NCBI GenBank assembly: GCA_973895155.1
Contig: OZ316893.1
Coordinates: 8,022,963-8,086,962, forward strand
Length of the DNA stretch: 64,000 nt
From: Marsupella aquatica
Taxonomy: Eukaryota > Plantae > Marchantiophyta
Reading direction: 5' to 3'
Shown here: in pieces, positions 57,476 to 64,000 of the stretch
Numbering within the stretch: the stretch's first letter is position 1
How the letters are laid out: each line of letters starts with the position of its first letter
The notes under the pieces: generated by a model
The model's database searches: none
The model's input: only the letters and a program-made list of their open reading frames with translations
What the model was told of the DNA's origin: nothing
Position numbers and translations under genes: made by a program

Positions 57476-59951
57476 AAGGACCATTTAGTACTAAAAGAGC
57501 AGAAGGAAGAATTGATTGGATAGCCCCGTCCAGCGACGATAATTTCTACAAAATACCCCACCCCAGACGAGGCTTCTCTGTTCTATCCCGAAGATTATAT
57601 TGGACTGTCTCAATTTCGGACTGTTGCAGGCTTTCCCAGATTTCAAGCCTGCTTTTGTAGGCTGTAGATGGTTTGATTTCCCAGGACGCGTAGGAGGAAG
57701 CCGCACCCTTACAAGCTTAGTTCGGTGGAATCGACAGAGGTGTGAAATGAGTCCTCCATTATGTCCACCAGTGCTGCATCATTCTGTAATAGGTGCGGCA
57801 TTGATGTGATTTCCCTTTACGGAGGACTGCATTGGATCCGAAATTCGGGAGCTATTCTATTCTATACAGGCTTTTAATGACCATCATTTTACATGCTCTC
57901 AATAAGTTTCCCCATCTCTCAGGATCGTATCTTCCCCGACCTTTGTTCTAGATCTCGCAATGTCATATTTATGCGGTAAGCTTCTTTGAGATTCTATGAG
58001 ATTTCCCGTATGTTCCACGTTGATTACTCTGTCGTTTTGGGACATTGCTTTCGAGAGATTTGTGAGGACCTAGAATTGAAACCCCAAGGCGAAAGGTCGA
58101 GACACTTGATTGGGATGCATTGGATTGCATCTTCGGAGGTGGGTCGGTCAAGTGCCATTGATCGAGAAGTTGAAAGTGTGCATTTTTCTGCAGTGTCATT
58201 GAGTCATTTCAGAATGTCAGTGTGCCAAAATAATATTCTCTGGACTTTATACGATAGTTACATGTAACCTCAAATCAGTCATGTCTCTTTGGAGATCTTG
58301 AGAGTCGGAGGTCGGCATGTTCCACGGCTAGAGGGCTGTAGCTCAGCACAGTACTGTAGTGATGGTATACTTTCTTGTGTAATGCCGTCCTATTTCAACT
58401 CTTTTGTCGCAACTCCAACACACTCGTCGGTTGCATGGACGCACTCGACTTATCGGCCTCGACGTGATTGACGTTGGAGGCGATTTAGAAGCCCGGTAAC
58501 TTTCATTCAACGTTTCACCATTCTTCTTGTGCATGATTTAGGTGAGCTTTATGACAACCGTTCCCCTCATCCAACGTATCAGAGATTTAGGTGCATGCGA
58601 GCCTTGCATGGATCAACACTAGTGTTTCATTCATGGTTTTGCATGTTGGCAAGATTGTCCCACCTCTAGTGGAACCGGTGCTGACCGCGTGTGCTTGCCC
58701 ATTGTGCGCCAACGGCCAGACAGTCACTCTACTTTGCTTTCCCTCTTTGTCAGTTCAGATGTCTCCATCGAGGCTGTTCTTTTGGTTTGGTGGCTCACAT
58801 GCGCGAAGTGCTCACGCCCAATCTGTGTCCGAAAGTGCCATTCGATGGTGGGACCTGTTTGAGCATATTTACTCGTTCTACTCGTTGCTCCCTCCCATCA
58901 CGCGTATTTTCATGTTCATCTGAACATGATGCTTGATTTGTTCACTGCCCGTAGGCATATTCTCCTTTCTTCCTAAGGGAAACGATCAAAACATTCATTT
59001 GGGCCCGCACAGCAAACACTCAGATTAGATGGGTGCTCGAGTGCCAATCGAGTAGTCACTGTCCTCTCCAGTTACAGGTGGCTCGTCTTTAATTGCTCTA
59101 TCATCAGGACATTTGTGGATAGTTTCCAAGGGTTACTCTGGACAGAGTTTGCCCAATCTTTCTGAGGCAGTAAGCCGCGAGTGAGCATCCAGGCCAACTA
59201 AATGACCTGTCGATTGAAATTGGATTCGCCACAAGTTTACGGCCACGCTTGTTAAAGACACACTAGTGATATGAGAGTCCAGACGAGAGACATCCAAAAC
59301 ACGGCATTCAGATGCCTTGACGCTCTCAACGTAGTGACGTCCCATGCGACCATTTCAAATTCATCCTGACGCTCAAGTTTCCCCTTCTAGCAGCATCTTG
59401 GGAGTTTCAGTAATTAGACCTTAACCCAAATCTAGTACGCCTAGACAATGCCTAGACAATTTTGATCACCATTTTTCCAATGCGCTTGAATTTTCGGAAG
59501 TTCCTAACACGTAGGGCCAAGGATTCATCCGGCGAGCTTCTGCAAACATATTGCCGATCTGGTCCAGAGCTACGGACAAGGTGGTCCACGGCATAGGACT
59601 CTGTGCGAGACGGATTAGTGGCACCTACGAGCCGAAAGTTGTCAGATGTACTCAGCAACCTAAGACTGAATACACAAGAGACTATGGGCTAACTCAACCC
59701 TGAAGGCGCAAGGTGCACAGTCGGGCATTGTTTCCCTGTAAAACTGCGCGAACTCAAATGAGGGGACAAACGCTCAAACAACTTATTCTGCAACGGTATA
59801 AGGTATCGTTTTGAGTTGCCACGAAAGCTCGGTTTCAGACGTGCAGCATCGGGTTACCTCTGGAAGCAGAATACTTCATACTTCAATTCACTTCTTGATC
59901 CTCTACCAAGTGATGGATGACACAAAGAGGAACTAGGACTCAGAATTACTG

Positions 59952-60037
59952 AAGATGTACACCCCTCATGTGTTCTTCTTTTCTTAATTCCTGTAAGATG
60001 TACACCCCTCATGTGTTCTTCTTTTCTTAATTCCTGT
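59952..60037. repeat. Perfect tandem duplication, 2 x 43 bp
   Basis: aagatgtacacccctcatgtgttcttcttttcttaattcctgt occurs twice. Confidence 0.95.
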
Positions 60038-61557
60038 CAGGAAGGAAAGGTTAATGGTGTGTAACCATTTCTACTAAGTGCTACCATTTCCATAACCCTC
60101 CCCTAAAAGTACTATCTCCAAGACTATCTGGTTATCTTTTTTCTGGACAGGTATTAAATACAATGAACACTGTTTGAACTCGGGTTCTAGTCTGAAACCT
60201 GTTCCCACAAAGCTCAAGAAAGTTAAAGCTCAAGAAAGTTTCCTGGCTGATGCACTTCCTCACTTTCTTGTCACAGGTTAGAGGCTAGTAACCCCAGACC
60301 ACAAACCATTATTACCCTATCCTTAATTTTATACATAATTTTGTTTGTGGTTATTATCCACACCCCCTGGCCAGCCTAGAATGTGGGTATCTATCACACT
60401 TTGAGTACTACTGGCCAGCCTAGATTGGGGGTGATGAGACTGGGTGAACTTCTCCAAATGAAACAAGGGCAAAAATACACATAAGATGTAAGCCTGGTAA
60501 TCCATGGCCACGGACAATGGGTTATCCTATGCCTGGAGAAGTTAAAAACAGTTTTTGAAGACAATACTTTAGTCACAATAAAATAACAGCAAAGGGGTTA
60601 TATGGTCATTGGTGGCGTGGCAAAGAATACAGGAGGGGGTACAGGAGACACTTCATGGTAATAATGATAGCATTGTGTTATTCCTCCTGACTCCTCGCTT
60701 GTCAGCAAACACTCTGGCCTGGAATACTTATCCCTGTGATATGCAATAAGTTGATATCTAATAGAAAGATAAACACCCATACAACCCCAATGAGCAAAAG
60801 GTGAACACCTCTCCCAGTTATAAGATTTATAATACAAAGATCAACACCTATAGACACCCCAATGACCAAAATCTACAACTATAGACAATGCCGCCATTTT
60901 TTGTCCTTCGTCCTTTTACAAACTTCACTGTCGGCAGGAATCAAAACTGGCCGTTAGATGTTTGAGTGAATTTTTTGTATCCATTTGATTAGCACTCGCT
61001 CTCCCTCGCGAGGCCACCCACGCCCAACAATACCATCCGTTCCCTCGCCTCGCTCTACGCCTTGCCTTGCCTCTACGCCTGCCCACCTAAATCTCGCGTC
61101 GGCCATCATTGAGGGGATTATCCCCCTGGCATTTGGGAGCTCCCCCCAATGCCTCATTCTCCCTCCCCTCCGTGCGTTCATGATGCACCCCCCTCGAGAT
61201 GCCTCTCCCTCCCATGGCTCCCAATTTTAATTAATGGACCTTCATCAATTCCCTCCCACCCTCGCAAATGGTCCTCCCATCCCGTCCCGTCTGGTCCCCT
61301 CGCCTCCCCTCCCCTCCATGCCGTTATGGACCCCCACCTCGCGATGCCTTGCCCTTCCCTTGATGCTCCCTCAGAATGGTCCCCCGATGCCTTGGCTCCC
61401 CTCCGTGCCTTCATAATGGACCCCCCTTGCGATGCCTCGCCCTTGCTCTCGATATTAATTAATGGAGCCCCCCTTGCTCCCGATGCCTGGCCTCAATGTT
61501 CCCAAATCCTGATGCCTCGCCTCGCCTTGCGAGCCATCAATGAGGGCCGCTACTCCT

Positions 61558-61899
61558 TGTTGAGCATAGATGACAATCGCAATGGGAAGCCCATGAAATA
61601 TCCAACGCACAAGTGTCGACACAGAGAGATATGTGGTTCACCTTCACATGAGGCTACGTCCATGGGACACACAAGATTTACAACACTATAGGCAGACCCG
61701 CCATACCAAGCATCCATAGCACAAGCTCTCCCTACCTCTCAACTGGCTCCGTAACAATGAGCTTGAGTTCCTACTCTCCAAGCAAACACCGCTTGGGTAT
61801 AGTGTGTTTGTAGCATGACTAACCTAACCTAGTTTGTGACTAAGGTTAGCCCTAACTATGGTACAGTCGTTACTCTAGACCTAAGAGTAAATCCTAACA
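61558..61899 (-). mobile_element. Solo LTR (342 bp) of a family related to the copia element at 1703-8586
   Basis: TG..CA ends; 5-bp TSD CTCCT (61553-61557 and 61900-61904); colinear matches to the reverse-complemented LTR (gtcgacaca, gtggttcacct, aggctacgtcca, gctctccct, gctccgt, gactaacctaacct, ctaagag..atcctaaca). Confidence 0.88.
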
Positions 61900-62604
61900 C
61901 TCCTCGCCGGTACTGCTTGCCATCTTGTCACCTTGTGTCGTCAATCTGGTACACCTCACCCTGCCACGGTCGCCCTCCGTCCCTGCCATGGTTGCTCCAG
62001 GGGCCTTGCTTGTCATTATTGAAAATCTATAAGTACTTCGGGTGACCCAAATTACTCACTTCCAAAATGTGAATGTCGCATCCGCAGATGTGTGCCCTTC
62101 CACAGCCTTCTGAGCTTGGTCATTCTCGTCCGTTCATCAAATGAGTCAATCTATGGTTGAAAATTCAGATCATTTTTGAGATCTACATCTGAAAAAAACC
62201 AGATTATTAGATGATGAAAAATGAGGGAGAAAATTGATAAAAACAGTCCAAACAAATTCATTGGTGGAGGCCAAAAATTTGAATTATGTTGAATTTTTGG
62301 GCAAGTTGGGCAGGGACAGGTGGCCTGGGTTACCATCAGGTGATCGGGAAAATATTCACACAATCCACTACTATTTTCTTGGTCCGTTTTGGGAAGTCAA
62401 TGAAAGACCGACGCGGTGGTGGGCATAAAGTTGCTCCTGGCAGAGTAACGATGTAGACGGGGATGTAGAGCGCCGACAATTTGCGAATTGTAGTGGCAGT
62501 GGCTTGCTGATTCTCAATAGCCAAAGAGGTATTTTTACTTGCTTCCACATATTTCAGGATGGCCATTAAAAAAATTCCAGACCTTTGTCCAGACCTTCAT
62601 GTTT

Positions 62605-62767
62605 CATCTCACCTCAACATCTTGCCCTCTTGTTGACATCTTGCCCTCACCTCAAAAACTTGCCCTCACCTCGACCGGGGACCTCGACATCTTGCCTCTT
62701 CTCGACATCTTGCCCTCACCTCAAAATCTTGCCCTCTCCTCGACATCTTGCTCTCACCTCAAAATCT
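62605..62767. repeat. Degenerate minisatellite of acatcttgccctc / cacctcaaaa motifs
   Basis: Repeated cttgccctc, ctcgacatcttg and cacctcaaaa blocks. Confidence 0.75.
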
Positions 62768-62993
62768 TTCGTGCAACGGACGGGCATGGGGCGAGTGTAG
62801 ACTATGACATATGTCCCTGTCCCCCATACTCATACAATGCCCATCCAGTCTGGCTCCCATGAATGCAACTTCTACAGAAAATCATGGTCCACAATCATTC
62901 ATTTTGGCAGCATATATCTTGGCTTGCTACAACTCAAAGCAACCTTCCATATCCTGATAACTAAGAACTATTGAGGTTGTTTCCAAGGAAGAA

Positions 62994-63167
62994 CTATTTG
63001 AGCTTATACTTCAGAAACTCTACCAAATTTAACCCAAGGGCAAGGCCATTCCCATAGTGATAGTTGTCTTTATCTCCAGGTTTGACTCTGAGTGCCCACA
63101 CAGCATTGGCCCGGGCTCTATTATGGTCCCCCAGCAAATACTTGACATAGCCATAGTCTATGAATTC
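62994..63167 (-). CDS. Possible terminal exon with a TPR-like helix pair
   Basis: tgtttcag acceptor followed by EFIDYGYVKYLLGDHNRARANAVWALRVKP...KLK*; I could not establish a link to the ARM exon. Confidence 0.35.
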   Translation of the reverse strand, partial: EFIDYGYVKYLLGDHNRARANAVWALRVKPGDKDNYHYGNGLALGLNLVEFLKYKLK

Positions 63168-63699
63168 CTGAAACAGTGTGGTCTGCAAGTACCCCTTCCA
63201 GATCCAAATCTGCAAGTGCACCTTCCATGTCTCCTAGCATTTGTTTCAGGATGCTTCTCTCCTGGAACCCAAAATTAGCTTATTTACATATGTGAGCACC
63301 ATGTATGAATCTCTGTGCCTTGCTTTCTGCACATCAAAGACACCAAGTAGATTCTGATGAGAAAAGAACTGAATTGCCAAGGGAAGATATTACAAAGGTA
63401 CCGCAAATGGCTGTCTTGCTGGTAAAAACTAAAAATCAAACAGGCCTCAGAAACCTTCAAGAACTTTCATCACAGCTTGCATACAAGGATGAACTCTCTG
63501 TCAGCTTCAAGGCTAATTTTGAAGCCATGATCTGTTCTAATTAAACAAATTATTGTATGTTACTTCTACCAACTAAGTGGTAAGATCCTTAACCCTAAAA
63601 GATAACAAATTCTGGATAACTAAACACCTTGGTATCTTCATAAGCCTGAAGTGCAAACTCATAGTTCACATGCTTCTAATATCAATAGTCATAATGCAG

Positions 63700-64000
63700 T
63701 CAATACAAGATTTTTGTACCTTGGCTGACATCCTCTGCTGAGGACACCAAAAGTCTGTCAATGACATCTGGGTAGCGGCTGATCTTGATCCTGTTTTCAA
63801 CATCCAAGGATAACTGTCCTAATGTGAAAGCTGCCAGCTCTTGTACATCCTCCCTTACATCCTTGGCCAAGAGCTCCACAAGTCTATCAATCACATTTGG
63901 AAATTGGCTGATGTTGATTCTATTTTCAGCATCCATGGCCAACTGGCCCAATATGAAGGCTGCTGCTCCTTGTACATCCTCCCTCACATCCTCAGCCAAG
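63700..64000 (-). CDS. Armadillo (ARM) repeat protein, partial (continues beyond the window)
   Basis: Two 43-aa repeats: EDVQGAAAFILGQLAMDAENRINISQFPNVIDRLVELL / EDVQELAAFTLGQLSLDVENRIKISRYPDVIDRLL. Confidence 0.85.
   Translation of the reverse strand, partial: LAEDVREDVQGAAAFILGQLAMDAENRINISQFPNVIDRLVELLAKDVREDVQELAAFTLGQLSLDVENRIKISRYPDVIDRLLVSSAEDVSQGTKILY

Noticed and set aside
57769-57803. Small hairpin cagtgctgcatc...ggtgcggcattg downstream of C4H
   Set aside because: Only about 15 bp of stem, single copy; within chance expectation.
60954-61691. Pro-rich ORFs (up to 180 aa) in the C-rich tract
   Set aside because: Low-complexity repeat DNA; the longest ORF runs into the solo LTR.

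Overview
AT-rich eukaryotic nuclear DNA from a non-seed land plant. A bryophyte, possibly a liverwort, is my inference from the CYP73A and HMA protein style, a bryophyte-type RLE LINE and a mitochondrial rrn18 relic. Main contents: (1) a young full-length Ty1/copia LTR retrotransposon (1703-8586; 330-bp LTRs differing at 2 sites, TTCCC TSD, two in-frame stops); (2) a ~23-kb, ~17-exon minus-strand gene that I could assemble in phase into a TMC (transmembrane channel-like) ion-channel homologue, a family best known from animal mechanosensation, with a Cys-rich extracellular insert, altered pore residues and long RRxS-rich repeat tails; (3) an intronless Lys/Glu-rich 679-aa ORF of unknown function; (4) an HMA-domain gene; (5) a tandem cluster of four related ~80-130-nt hairpins resembling a polycistronic miRNA locus; (6) a 3-exon cinnamate 4-hydroxylase (CYP73A) gene; (7) the 3' part of an ARM-repeat gene; plus MITEs, a solo LTR, a LINE fragment, a NUMT and tandem repeats. 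No CRISPR arrays or intact tRNA/rRNA genes were seen. All exon boundaries and alignments were read by eye and need RNA-seq or computational confirmation.
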